Shown: positions 49,430-59,095 of the stretch, piece by piece
Layout: each line of letters opens with the position of its first letter
How positions within the stretch are numbered: the first letter of the stretch is position 1
Assembly (NCBI GenBank): GCA_958402075.1
Contig: CATXSD010000002.1
Location: 8,273 to 72,272, forward strand
Length of the DNA stretch: 64,000 nt
Origin: Mediterranea massiliensis
GTDB lineage: Bacteria; Bacteroidota; Bacteroidia; Bacteroidales; Bacteroidaceae
Direction of reading: 5' to 3'
Position numbers and translations under genes: made by a program
The notes under the pieces: model-generated
The model's database searches: none
Told to the model about the DNA's origin: nothing
Seen by the model: only the letters and a program-made list of their open reading frames with translations

Positions 49430-49489
49430 AGTTTTCAGGTACGATTTCTAATCAAAGGAAGTGATATTCGAAGCAAAGTCCCATTACCC

Positions 49490-50161
49490 TCAGATAGCAG
49501 ACGCCGTATCCGCCACGACTTCTCCATCCTTCAGATGGATGGTACGGTCGGTAATGGAAGCCAGGCTCTCGTCGTGGGTCACGATGACGAACGTCTGCCC
49601 CAGACGGTCGCGCAGGTCGAAGAAGAGCTGGTGCAGCTCGGCCTTGTTGTGGGTATCGAGGCTGCCCGACGGCTCGTCGGCCAACACGACGGCCGGATGG
49701 TTGATGAGGGCGCGCGCCACGGCCACGCGCTGCTTCTCGCCGCCCGAAAGTTCGTTGGGCTTGTGCGAGGCACGGTCGGCAAGGCCCATCATTGTCAGCA
49801 TCTCGAGCGCGGAAGCCTGGGCCTCGTGACGCCCCTGCCCGGCAATGAAGGCGGGTATCATGACATTCTCCAAGGCCGTAAACTCGGGCAGGAGTTGGTG
49901 AAACTGGAAGACGAAGCCGATGCGGCGGTTGCGGAAGGCGGAGAGTGCGCGCTCCTTCAGCCCGTCGACACGCACGCCGTCGATGCACACCGTGCCCGTA
50001 TCGGGGCGGTCGAGGGTACCCATTATCTGAAGCAACGTAGTCTTGCCGGCACCGCTGGGGCCGACAATACTCACCACTTCACCTTTCTGTATCTCAAGGT
50101 CGATGCCACGCAACACTTGCAGGCTGCCGAAGCCCTTGGTTATCTGTTCGAGTCGTATCAT
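49490..50161 (-). CDS. ABC transporter ATP-binding protein (LolD-like)
   Basis: [41 protein letters not shown]; start trimmed to MIRLEQ. Confidence 0.93.
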   Translation of the reverse strand: MIRLEQITKGFGSLQVLRGIDLEIQKGEVVSIVGPSGAGKTTLLQIMGTLDRPDTGTVCIDGVRVDGLKERALSAFRNRRIGFVFQFHQLLPEFTALENVMIPAFIAGQGRHEAQASALEMLTMMGLADRASHKPNELSGGEKQRVAVARALINHPAVVLADEPSGSLDTHNKAELHQLFFDLRDRLGQTFVIVTHDESLASITDRTIHLKDGEVVADTASAI

Positions 50162-50178
50162 ACTTTCTTTCCTTATTA

Positions 50179-50889
50179 TTATAGCCGGCGGATGACGTAC
50201 TCCGCCAGGTAGCAGCCGAAGACGGCGGGCATGTAGCTCACCGTGCCGCAAGTCGATTTCTTGTTTCGTTCGTCGTCGGTCAGCAGCACGGCCTTGGGGT
50301 CGGCCTGCTCGGTGCTGAACACGACAGGCAGCTTGTGGCGAATGCCCATCTTCTGCAACCGCTTACGCACGGCCTTGCTCAGGCCGCAATGGTAAGTGTC
50401 CCAGACGTCGGCAAAACGCACCTGCGTGATGTCGCTCTTGGCGCCCGCCCCCATGCTGGAGACAATCTTGATGCGCCGCCTCAGGGCTTCGGCTATCAGG
50501 TGGCACTTGGGGGCCAGGGTGTCGATGGCATCGACCACAAAGTCGTAGCGGGCGGCATCGAGCAGCTGGGGGATGTTCTCGTCCTTGAGGAAAACGGGCA
50601 GGACGGTGAGCTCCACCTCAGGGTTGATGTCGCGGAAGCGGGCGGCAAGGACTTCGACCTTGGGCTGCCCCAGCGTGGAGTGCAGGGCTGGGAGCTGGCG
50701 GTTGATGTTGGTGAGCTGGACGGTGTCGGCATCGACCAGCGTCAGACGCCCCACCCCCGCACGGCAAAGCATTTCGGCCGCATAGGCTCCCACACCTCCT
50801 ACGCCTACCACCAGCACATGGGCCTGGCACAAGCGTTCGCTCTTCTCTTCGCCCAGCAACAGGCGTGTACGTTGTTTCCAGTCTTCCAT
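50179..50889 (-). CDS. tcdA: tRNA threonylcarbamoyladenosine dehydratase (ThiF family)
   Basis: [39 protein letters not shown]. Confidence 0.9.
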   Translation of the reverse strand: MEDWKQRTRLLLGEEKSERLCQAHVLVVGVGGVGAYAAEMLCRAGVGRLTLVDADTVQLTNINRQLPALHSTLGQPKVEVLAARFRDINPEVELTVLPVFLKDENIPQLLDAARYDFVVDAIDTLAPKCHLIAEALRRRIKIVSSMGAGAKSDITQVRFADVWDTYHCGLSKAVRKRLQKMGIRHKLPVVFSTEQADPKAVLLTDDERNKKSTCGTVSYMPAVFGCYLAEYVIRRL

Positions 50890-53021
50890 CAGTTTTCCTT
50901 TTTAAACCATTTATAGAACCATCGGCCCACCTTCTCGTAGTGCTGGCTCTCGTTGCTGCCTTGCGGATTGGAGAAGGAAAGGGCTTCCTGTGGATCGCCC
51001 AGCTGGTCGGGATAGAGCACAATGAGACTGTTGTTCGTGAAGTAGCGACCCAACTGGCCGGGCAGCTTCTCGAACGAGCTGTCGTAGGAGATGGAGCCGC
51101 GGCGGGCACTGATGACTACCAGCAGGTGGTCGTAGTTCACCTGGCCGGTCAAGAGCAAGAGGTCTTCCCATTCGTCAAGGCGGGAGAACTCGGTCAGCGT
51201 ATCGCTGTGCTTCTTCTGCACCAATGCCTGGAGCAGATTACCCGTCTGTTCGTTAGCAAAGAAGTGGACGCGGCATCCCAGCGTACTGCCCATGCGGCAG
51301 AAGTGCTCCACCCATTTCTGGAAGCCGGCCTCGTACTCGGCTTTGGGCGGCACGGCCACAATGATGCGGCGCAGGGTATTGATGGGTATCAGGAAGCGGG
51401 CCACCATCACCTCGCGATGGAGTCCCTTCAGCAGGTTCTCGGTGAGCATGCCGAAGAAGGAATCCACGATGTTCACCTTCCAGTGGAGACCGATGATGAC
51501 ATCCGTAGCCCCATGCTCGCGAGCCGTATGGATGATGCCGGCGGCAATGTTCAGGTCGTAGCGGCTGATGCACTTCAGCTTTACGCCCGCCGAAGCCGTA
51601 ATCTTGCCCGCACGCTCCAAGTAGCGCTTGCCCTGCTGCTCCAGGGCATCGGTGCCCGAATGGTCGTTGATGACGTTCAGGGCCAGCAGGTTGTCCTTCT
51701 GCTTGGGGTCACGGATGACGAGTGCCAGGTTCATCAGGTACTCGATTGTATTGGGGTTGGCCACAGGTATCAGAATCTTCTCGGGTTCGCGCGAGCGGTC
51801 TTCCTCGGGATGGGCCTCACCCATGGCTATCTTGCGTGCCGCCCGCTCGGTGGTGAAGGAGCTGACGATGCAGGTGACCAGGATGAGGAGCACCGTGCCG
51901 TTGAGCACGTCCTCGTTGAGCAGACGGCTGCCGTCGGGCAGGATGATGTTGTAGCCCACCAGTACAGCCGCCAATGTGGCCGCCGCCTGTGCATTGCTCA
52001 AGCCGAACATCAGCTCACGTTCGAGCACCGACATGCGGTAAATCTTCTGCGTCAGCCACGAGGCAATCCACTTGCCCACCAGCGCCACCACAATCATCAC
52101 ACCCGCCACCTTCAGGGCATCGCCCCCGCCGAAAATGACGTGGACGTCAATCAGCATGCCCACACCTATCAGGAAATAAGGGATGAACAAGGCATTGCCC
52201 ACAAATTCCAGGTGGCTCATCAGCGGCGACACGTGAGGTATAAGACGGTTCAGCACCAAGCCCACGAGGAAGGCACCCAAAATACCCTCCATGCCGATGA
52301 GCTCCATCAGCCCCGCGCCGAGGAACACCATGGCCAGGACGAAGATGTATTGCATCACATTGTCATCGTAGCGGCGGAAGAACCAGCGCCCGATGCGCGG
52401 CAAGAAATACATGATGAGCAAGGCCAGCACCACGAAGCGCACCACCAGCCATATCCAGAAGAAGCCTCCCGCCTCGCCCTTGAAGACACCGCTGATGACG
52501 GCCAGCACGAGCAGCGTCAGCGTGTCGGTGACGGCCGTACCGCCCACGGCAATGCTTACGCTCCGATGGCGCGAGATGCCGTAACGGATTACGATGGGAT
52601 AGGCCACCAGCGTGTGCGAGGCATACATACTGGCCAGCAGGATGGACGTCACGAGGCTGTACTTCAGCAGCAGGACATTGGTCACCATACCGATGCCGAT
52701 GGGGATGATAAAGGCCAGCAGGCCCAGTACCACCGCCTTGCCGCGGTTCTTCTTGAAGTCGGCCATGTTCATCTCCAGACCGGCCAGAAACATGATATAA
52801 TAGACACCGACCTTGCCGAAAAGCTCGAAACTGCTGTCGCGCACCAGGATGTTGAACCCATGCTCGCCGATGGCCAGGCCCGCCAGAATCATGCCGATGA
52901 TGTGGGGGATGCGCAGCTTGGTCAGCAGGATGGGCGCAAACAAAATGATGAGCAGTACAAGGAGGAAAATCCATGTAGGGTCGGTCACGGGAAGTTTCAA
53001 ACTGAAGTCTAACCATTCCAT
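50889..53021 (-). CDS. Cation:proton antiporter (CPA2) with C-terminal cytoplasmic USP-like domains
   Basis: MFLAGLE, ASHT, TD, ILGAF..GL, AAATLA; KILIPVANP; TGATG overlap with tcdA. Confidence 0.92.
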   Translation of the reverse strand: MEWLDFSLKLPVTDPTWIFLLVLLIILFAPILLTKLRIPHIIGMILAGLAIGEHGFNILVRDSSFELFGKVGVYYIMFLAGLEMNMADFKKNRGKAVVLGLLAFIIPIGIGMVTNVLLLKYSLVTSILLASMYASHTLVAYPIVIRYGISRHRSVSIAVGGTAVTDTLTLLVLAVISGVFKGEAGGFFWIWLVVRFVVLALLIMYFLPRIGRWFFRRYDDNVMQYIFVLAMVFLGAGLMELIGMEGILGAFLVGLVLNRLIPHVSPLMSHLEFVGNALFIPYFLIGVGMLIDVHVIFGGGDALKVAGVMIVVALVGKWIASWLTQKIYRMSVLERELMFGLSNAQAAATLAAVLVGYNIILPDGSRLLNEDVLNGTVLLILVTCIVSSFTTERAARKIAMGEAHPEEDRSREPEKILIPVANPNTIEYLMNLALVIRDPKQKDNLLALNVINDHSGTDALEQQGKRYLERAGKITASAGVKLKCISRYDLNIAAGIIHTAREHGATDVIIGLHWKVNIVDSFFGMLTENLLKGLHREVMVARFLIPINTLRRIIVAVPPKAEYEAGFQKWVEHFCRMGSTLGCRVHFFANEQTGNLLQALVQKKHSDTLTEFSRLDEWEDLLLLTGQVNYDHLLVVISARRGSISYDSSFEKLPGQLGRYFTNNSLIVLYPDQLGDPQEALSFSNPQGSNESQHYEKVGRWFYKWFKKEN

Positions 53022-53102
53022 AGGCTTGCGTCTTTTTGATTTCTTGTGCAAAAATAGCAAAAAAAATTTCACTCCCCACTACCCTCCCCGCCTACTTTCA
53101 AC

Positions 53103-53185
53103 CAAGCACCCGCTTTTTCCTGGCAGAAAGCACTGCTTTCCAAGGACAAATACGCCGTTTTCCGAGGGCGAAAGCAATGCTTTCC
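53103..53185. repeat. 22-bp-period array C (AAAGCANTGCTTT core)
   Basis: Units at 53127, 53149 (degenerate), 53171, and an off-phase copy at 53103. Confidence 0.75.
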
Positions 53186-53322
53186 GCCATCCGCCGCCAA
53201 TCGTCCTACCAGAAGGCATGTTTTTATCAAAAATAAAAACGACTTCCATCGTTATAATCACAGAATGTTGTAAATTTGCGCCTTGAATTGACATTTTTAT
53301 AAACCACTAAAGCAATAAAGAA

Positions 53323-54330
53323 ATGAAAGTAGCAATTGTTGGAGCAAGCGGAGCCGTAGGACAAGAATTCCTGCGCGTGCTCGATGAAAGAAATTTCCCG
53401 TTGGACGAGTTAGTTTTGTTCGGTTCGAAACGCAGCGCCGGTACCAAATATACCTTCCGCGGCAAACAGATCGAGGTCAAACTCTTGCAGCACAACGATG
53501 ACTTTAAAGGTGTGGACATCGCTTTCACTTCCGCAGGCGCAGGCACATCGAAAGAATTCGCCGAGACCATCACCAAGTACGGAGCCGTGATGATAGACAA
53601 CTCCAGCGCCTTCCGCATGGATGCCGACGTACCTCTGGTAGTACCCGAAGTCAATGCCGCCGACGCCAAGGACCGTCCGCGCCGCATCATTGCCAACCCC
53701 AACTGCACCACCATCCAGATGGTCGTTGCCCTGAAAGCCATCGAACAGCTTTCGCACATCAAGACCGTCCACGTAGCCACCTACCAGGCAGCCAGCGGTG
53801 CCGGAGCCGCCGCCATGGAGGAGCTGTACACCCAATACCGCCAGGTGCTGGCCGGTGAACCTGTCACTGTCGAGAAGTTTGCCTACCAGCTGGCCTTCAA
53901 CCTCATCCCGCAAATCGACGTCTTCACCGACAACGGCTATACGAAGGAAGAGATGAAGATGTACAACGAGACGCGTAAAATCATGCACTCCGACGTCAAG
54001 GTGAGCGCCACCTGCGTCCGCGTGCCTGCCCTGCGCTCCCACTCCGAAAGCATCTGGGTGGAGACGGAACGCCCCGTATCGGTAGAAGAAGCCCGCGAAG
54101 CCTTCAGCAAAGGCGAAGGACTGGTGCTGATGGACAACCCCGCTGAAAAGGAATACCCCATGCCCCTCTTCCTGGCCGGCAAAGACCCCGTCTACGTAGG
54201 CCGCATCCGCAAGGACCTGACCAACGATTGCGGACTGACCTTCTGGATTGTAGGCGACCAGATCAAGAAGGGCGCTGCGCTGAACGCCGTACAGATAGCC
54301 GAGTATCTGATCAAGGAAAACGCCCTCTGA
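53323..54330 (+). CDS. asd: Aspartate-semialdehyde dehydrogenase
   Basis: [60 protein letters not shown] at 53271-53278. Confidence 0.98.
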   Translation: MKVAIVGASGAVGQEFLRVLDERNFPLDELVLFGSKRSAGTKYTFRGKQIEVKLLQHNDDFKGVDIAFTSAGAGTSKEFAETITKYGAVMIDNSSAFRMDADVPLVVPEVNAADAKDRPRRIIANPNCTTIQMVVALKAIEQLSHIKTVHVATYQAASGAGAAAMEELYTQYRQVLAGEPVTVEKFAYQLAFNLIPQIDVFTDNGYTKEEMKMYNETRKIMHSDVKVSATCVRVPALRSHSESIWVETERPVSVEEAREAFSKGEGLVLMDNPAEKEYPMPLFLAGKDPVYVGRIRKDLTNDCGLTFWIVGDQIKKGAALNAVQIAEYLIKENAL

Positions 54331-54361
54331 CATCCGGAGAGGACTTTCCCCTCATACTCAC

Positions 54362-54416
54362 TTCACCACAGATGGGACAGACAACAGAAAAGTTAAATCT
54401 GCCCCATCTGTGATAA
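54362..54416. repeat. Palindromic element (CACAGAT type), copy 2; possible asd terminator
   Basis: cacagatggg 54367-54376 / cccatctgtg 54403-54412; starts with the same ttcaccacagat as 49336. Confidence 0.7.
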
Positions 54417-54465
54417 TTTCTAAAAAAATCTATATATTTGTACGGAAATACAAAAATAGCATGCC

Positions 54466-55320
54466 ATGAAACTAATAGCTGAAAGCGGTTCTACACGCAC
54501 AGAATGGGCCTTGGTAGAAGACAACACCCTGATACAAAGAGCCTTTACGGAAGGACTCAACCCGTTCTTCCAGACCCGTCGTGAAATCAGCCGAAGCGTA
54601 CGGCTGGGCCTGCCCGAGCTATTTTTCAAGAAAAAGCTGGAACAAGTCTATTTCTATGGCGCCGGCTGCACTTCCCATGAAAAGAAAAACATCGTAGGTG
54701 CATCGCTTGTCGCCCAGTTCAAGACCCCCATCCAAGTGGAAAGCGACCTGCTGGCAGCCGCCCGCGGCCTCTTCCAATGCGATGCCGGCATCGCCTGCAT
54801 CCTGGGCACCGGTTCCAACTCCTGCTTCTACGACGGCAAAATCATTGTAAAGAACGTCAAGGCCGGCGGCTATATATTAGGAGATGAAGGCAGTGGTGCC
54901 GTCATGGGAAAACTGTTTCTGTCTGACGTACTGAAAGGGCTTGCCCCCAAGGACGTGACCAACGACTTCTACGAAAAATTCCGCATCAATGCCAACGAAG
55001 TGATGGAGTCGGTCTACAACCGTCCTTTCCCCAACCGTTTCCTCGGCACCCTCTCCTATTTCCTGGCCGACTACCTGGACAACGACTACGTCTACGACCT
55101 GATCACCGGCAACCTGCGCAACTTCTTCACCCGTTGCGTCTGCCAGTACGACTACCAGAATTACCCCGTCCGCTTCGTCGGTTCGCTGGCCTATCACTAT
55201 GCCGACCTTCTGCGCTATGTCGCCCAAGAGTTCGGCATCAACCTGCAAGTCATCGAGGAGACCCCCATCAACGGACTGATCGAATACCATGCCATGAATA
55301 TCGAAGTGGAAGAAGGATAA
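54466..55320 (+). CDS. BadF/BadG/BcrA/BcrD ATPase family, N-acetylglucosamine kinase-like
   Basis: LIAESGSTRTEW, FYGAGC, SDLLAAAR, ILGTGSN, GYILGDEGSG; TATATTTG at 54433-54440. Confidence 0.88.
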   Translation: MKLIAESGSTRTEWALVEDNTLIQRAFTEGLNPFFQTRREISRSVRLGLPELFFKKKLEQVYFYGAGCTSHEKKNIVGASLVAQFKTPIQVESDLLAAARGLFQCDAGIACILGTGSNSCFYDGKIIVKNVKAGGYILGDEGSGAVMGKLFLSDVLKGLAPKDVTNDFYEKFRINANEVMESVYNRPFPNRFLGTLSYFLADYLDNDYVYDLITGNLRNFFTRCVCQYDYQNYPVRFVGSLAYHYADLLRYVAQEFGINLQVIEETPINGLIEYHAMNIEVEEG

Positions 55321-55475
55321 GCCACTTCCGCAATCCCGACAAACACAGACAAACACCGCCTGCCGACGTTTCATTCAAAAGAAAGCTACCACACATCTAA
55401 AATGTTACAAAATATAAAAATCGATATTTAAACATTAAAAACTCCTATCTTTTATTCTTTTTCTAAAAAATAATA

Positions 55476-55483
55476 TATCTTTG
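55476..55483 (+). promoter_or_regulatory. Sigma-A -7 box upstream of susC
   Basis: TATCTTTG in AT-rich context about 250 bp before the ATG. Confidence 0.5.
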
Positions 55484-55735
55484 TGATAAAGAAAGCAAAA
55501 GAATCTTTTAAAAAACAGAGTGGTTATTTTGTTTTGTAAACAACTTTTCAGATATCAACTTTGAAAAAGGAATGCCTATGAACCCAAAATTTTCACCTCA
55601 TTGATTTTCAGACGCAAAGGAAATCTGCCTCGCAGAATACCTACACGACTGCTACCCTTCGTCCTTCCATAGGACAAAGGACATTTTTCAATCGCGTCAA
55701 CTACATTGTCAAACCATTTTAAAATCTTTTCTTTT

Positions 55736-58700
55736 ATGACTGAAGATCACAAACTATTGAAATTTACCTCCAGAGGTAAACTTCTCACGACAGTGGCCTT
55801 ATGCGGTACACTGCTCCTAAGCAACGGACCAGCCAACGCTGCTCCGAGAACTTCCAGTGAGACTCCCAAAACGATGGAACAGATGCAAGCCCTGACCGTT
55901 AACGGCCTGGTAGTGGATTCAAACGGAGAACCCATCATCGGAGCTAACGTCCTCGAAAAAGGAACAACCAACGGAAGTCTGACCGACGTAGACGGTAAGT
56001 TCACCCTCAACGTACGCCAAGGAGCCATCCTCCAAATTTCCTTTATCGGCTACAAAACCCAAGAAGTAAAAGCCACCTCCAATATGATGAGAGTCGTATT
56101 GGCCGAAGACAATGAAATGCTGGATGAAGTAGTCGTTGTCGGTTACGGTTCACAGAAAAAAGTTAATGTGACCGGCGCCGTATCGACCGTAGACGTCAAC
56201 AAGGCTTTGGAAGCCAAACCGCAGATGGATGTAACCAAAGCCCTGCAAGGTGTAGTTCCCGGTCTGACCATTCTGAACACCCAAGGTGGTATCAACGAAC
56301 AGCCCAGCATGACCATCCGTGGTGTCGGTACCCTGAGCAACAGTGAGACAAGCAACCCCTTGATTATCGTCGACGGAGTTCCCTTGGACGACCTTTCGCT
56401 TATCAATCCGCAAGACATTGCCAGCGTATCTGTACTGAAGGATGCCGCTTCTACCTCCATCTATGGTTCGCGTGCCGCCTTCGGTGTCGTATTGATCACC
56501 ACCAAACAAGGTACGAAGAAAGACAAATTCACCATCAACTACTCCAACAACTTCGCATGGAGTACTCCGAGCATTCTGCCTGAATATGCAGATGTTCCCT
56601 CCCAGCTCAGAGCCTTGATCGAAGTCAACGAGCGCAATGCCACTCCTCCCGAATTGTTCGGTATGTATATGGACGAAATGCTCCCGTATGCCGAAGCCTG
56701 GCAGGAACAGCACGGACATAAAAAAGCAGGCTATCGCGAGATGCAGCCCTATCAGAGCATGGACAACGTAGGTGACTATTACCTAGATCCGACAACGGGT
56801 AAAGCCATGTTCTATGCCGACTGGGATGTAGTAGGCATCATGTACCAGAACTGGGCTCCCTCTCAAAGCCATAACGTAAACGTACAAGGCACCAGTGGCA
56901 AAACCACTTATTACCTGTCTGTAGGCTATGACAAGAAAGAAGGACAGCTGAACTTCAATACCGATAAGCTGAAACGATACAACGTCAATGCCAATATCTC
57001 CTCCGACGTAACCGACTGGTTGCAAATCGGCGGGCGCTTCAGCTTTACTGACCGTACGTATACCGAGCCTAATACCCGCCGTACTCCCTACCAGTACATG
57101 TGGCGTTGGGGCAGCTTCTTCGAACCGCTGGGTACCATCAACGGCACAGACCTGCGCAATACCATCATGTATCTGAAGCAAGCAGGCGACACCGAAACTT
57201 CCACCAACTACGTACGTATGACCGGTTTTGCCAAAGCTAAACTGGCTAAAGGCCTGACCGTAAATGCAGACTATACTTACAATGTAAAGAACCTGTTTCA
57301 GGACATGGTAGGTCTGCCTGTATCAGGTTATAACACATGGGGCAACATGTCTACACCGGGCGCAATTGTATCCGATTCATACCTGCAACAACAGAGCGAA
57401 AGAACGACCTCTTATGCTTTCAACCTCTACGCCAACTATGAGTTTACTTTGGCTGACAAGCACAACTTCAACATCATGCTGGGTGGTAACGCAGAAGGAC
57501 AAGAGTATACTTGGCACCGTTCCAAGAGAGAAGGTCTGTTGAACCCCGACCAACCTGAATTCAATTTGGCCAACGGAACCCAAACCGTAGCCGGACGTCA
57601 TATCCATTCCGCTACAGCCGGTTATTTCGGACGTATCAACTACAACTGGAATGAAATCTGGTTGCTGGAACTGAACGGACGTCTCGACGGTTCATCCTCT
57701 TTCCCCGCCAGCGACCGCTGGGCATTCTTCCCCTCTGGATCACTGGGCTACCGCTTCAGCCAGGAAAACTATTTTGAGAACCTGCGCAACATCGTCAGCA
57801 ACGGTAAGCTTCGTGCCTCTTTCGGTGAAATCGGAAACGAAGCCATTGGTGAAGACATGTTCATCTCAACCATCAACGCTTTGAGCGGCCAACACTGGTT
57901 GGGAAGCGACGGTACATTCGTCAACATGTACGACACTCCGTCTCTGGTTTCCAGCACACTGACTTGGGAGCGTATCCGCACCTTCGATATCGGTCTCGAC
58001 TTAGGCTTCATGAACAACGAACTGAATGTATCGTTCGACTGGTACCAGCGCAAGACATTGGACATGTTGGCACCGGGTGTTACCCTGCCCGATATGCTGG
58101 GAACAACTGAACCTTACACCAACGCCGGTTCACTCCGCACCCGTGGTTGGGAATTGAACGTCAGCTGGAACAAGCAGTTCGGTGACTTCACTGTATATGC
58201 AAACGGTAACCTGTCTGACTACAAGACCGTTGTTACCAACTGGAACAACCCGACCGGTATCTTGAGCGACTATTTCACTGGCAAAGTATATGGTGACATC
58301 TACGGCTTTGAAACAGACCGTTATTTCACAAAAGACGATTTCACCTACGATGCTGAAGGCAATCGTACCGGTTATGCTCAAGGCATCGCTGATCAAGATG
58401 GTCTGGTCAGTGGTGGAACATTCGCTTATGGCCCCGGCGACATCAAGTACAAAGATTTGAACGGCGACGGTGTCATCGATGGTGGCAATGGAACAAAAGA
58501 CGACATGGGCGACTTGAAAGTCATCGGTAACTCTACTCCGCGCTTCCAGTATGGCTTCCGCTTGGGCGGTTCATGGAAAGGCATTGACCTCGACATGTAC
58601 TTCCAAGGTGTCGGCAAATGGGATCAGTGGTCTTATGGTGCATTTGTAATACCGTTCTCTCGCGGTGCCGATGGTATCTATACCAACCAGATGGATTATT

Positions 58701-59077
58701 GGACAGAAGAAAACACGGATGCATTCTATCCCCGCCTCTATCCGGGCAACGGAGCCACAGGAACCGTATCAGGTGTCGCAGCCGGAAAGAACAACTTCTA
58801 TCCGCAAAGCAAATATTTGATTGACCGTTCTTACCTGCGTTTCAAGAACCTGACTGTAGGTTACACCCTGCCTCAAGAATGGACCAAGAAATGCTTCATG
58901 CAGAAAGCACGAATCTACTTCACGGCCGAAAACCTCTGTGAGCTGATCAACAACAGCTATGCCCCTGTAGACCCAGAAATCGACTCCAGTGATACAGGTA
59001 GCAACAGCAACGGTGTATGGGGACGTGTAGCACCTATCACACGAACCATTTCCTTCGGACTCCAAGTAACATTCTAA
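55736..59077 (+). CDS. susC: SusC/RagA family TonB-dependent transporter
   Basis: GEPIIGANV, EVVVVGYG, LKDAASTSIYGSRAAFGVVLITTK, LTWE, C-terminal GLQVTF. Confidence 0.97.
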   Translation: MTEDHKLLKFTSRGKLLTTVALCGTLLLSNGPANAAPRTSSETPKTMEQMQALTVNGLVVDSNGEPIIGANVLEKGTTNGSLTDVDGKFTLNVRQGAILQISFIGYKTQEVKATSNMMRVVLAEDNEMLDEVVVVGYGSQKKVNVTGAVSTVDVNKALEAKPQMDVTKALQGVVPGLTILNTQGGINEQPSMTIRGVGTLSNSETSNPLIIVDGVPLDDLSLINPQDIASVSVLKDAASTSIYGSRAAFGVVLITTKQGTKKDKFTINYSNNFAWSTPSILPEYADVPSQLRALIEVNERNATPPELFGMYMDEMLPYAEAWQEQHGHKKAGYREMQPYQSMDNVGDYYLDPTTGKAMFYADWDVVGIMYQNWAPSQSHNVNVQGTSGKTTYYLSVGYDKKEGQLNFNTDKLKRYNVNANISSDVTDWLQIGGRFSFTDRTYTEPNTRRTPYQYMWRWGSFFEPLGTINGTDLRNTIMYLKQAGDTETSTNYVRMTGFAKAKLAKGLTVNADYTYNVKNLFQDMVGLPVSGYNTWGNMSTPGAIVSDSYLQQQSERTTSYAFNLYANYEFTLADKHNFNIMLGGNAEGQEYTWHRSKREGLLNPDQPEFNLANGTQTVAGRHIHSATAGYFGRINYNWNEIWLLELNGRLDGSSSFPASDRWAFFPSGSLGYRFSQENYFENLRNIVSNGKLRASFGEIGNEAIGEDMFISTINALSGQHWLGSDGTFVNMYDTPSLVSSTLTWERIRTFDIGLDLGFMNNELNVSFDWYQRKTLDMLAPGVTLPDMLGTTEPYTNAGSLRTRGWELNVSWNKQFGDFTVYANGNLSDYKTVVTNWNNPTGILSDYFTGKVYGDIYGFETDRYFTKDDFTYDAEGNRTGYAQGIADQDGLVSGGTFAYGPGDIKYKDLNGDGVIDGGNGTKDDMGDLKVIGNSTPRFQYGFRLGGSWKGIDLDMYFQGVGKWDQWSYGAFVIPFSRGADGIYTNQMDYWTEENTDAFYPRLYPGNGATGTVSGVAAGKNNFYPQSKYLIDRSYLRFKNLTVGYTLPQEWTKKCFMQKARIYFTAENLCELINNSYAPVDPEIDSSDTGSNSNGVWGRVAPITRTISFGLQVTF

Positions 59078-59095
59078 ACTATAAAGACAAGAATC

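Noticed and set aside
29392..53185. 22-bp arrays as CRISPR or TIGR-type guide arrays
   Set aside because: Cores of 13 bp and linkers of 9 bp are too short for CRISPR, there is no 36-nt two-repeat unit, each array has only 3-5 units, and no Cas or Nop-domain gene is in the window
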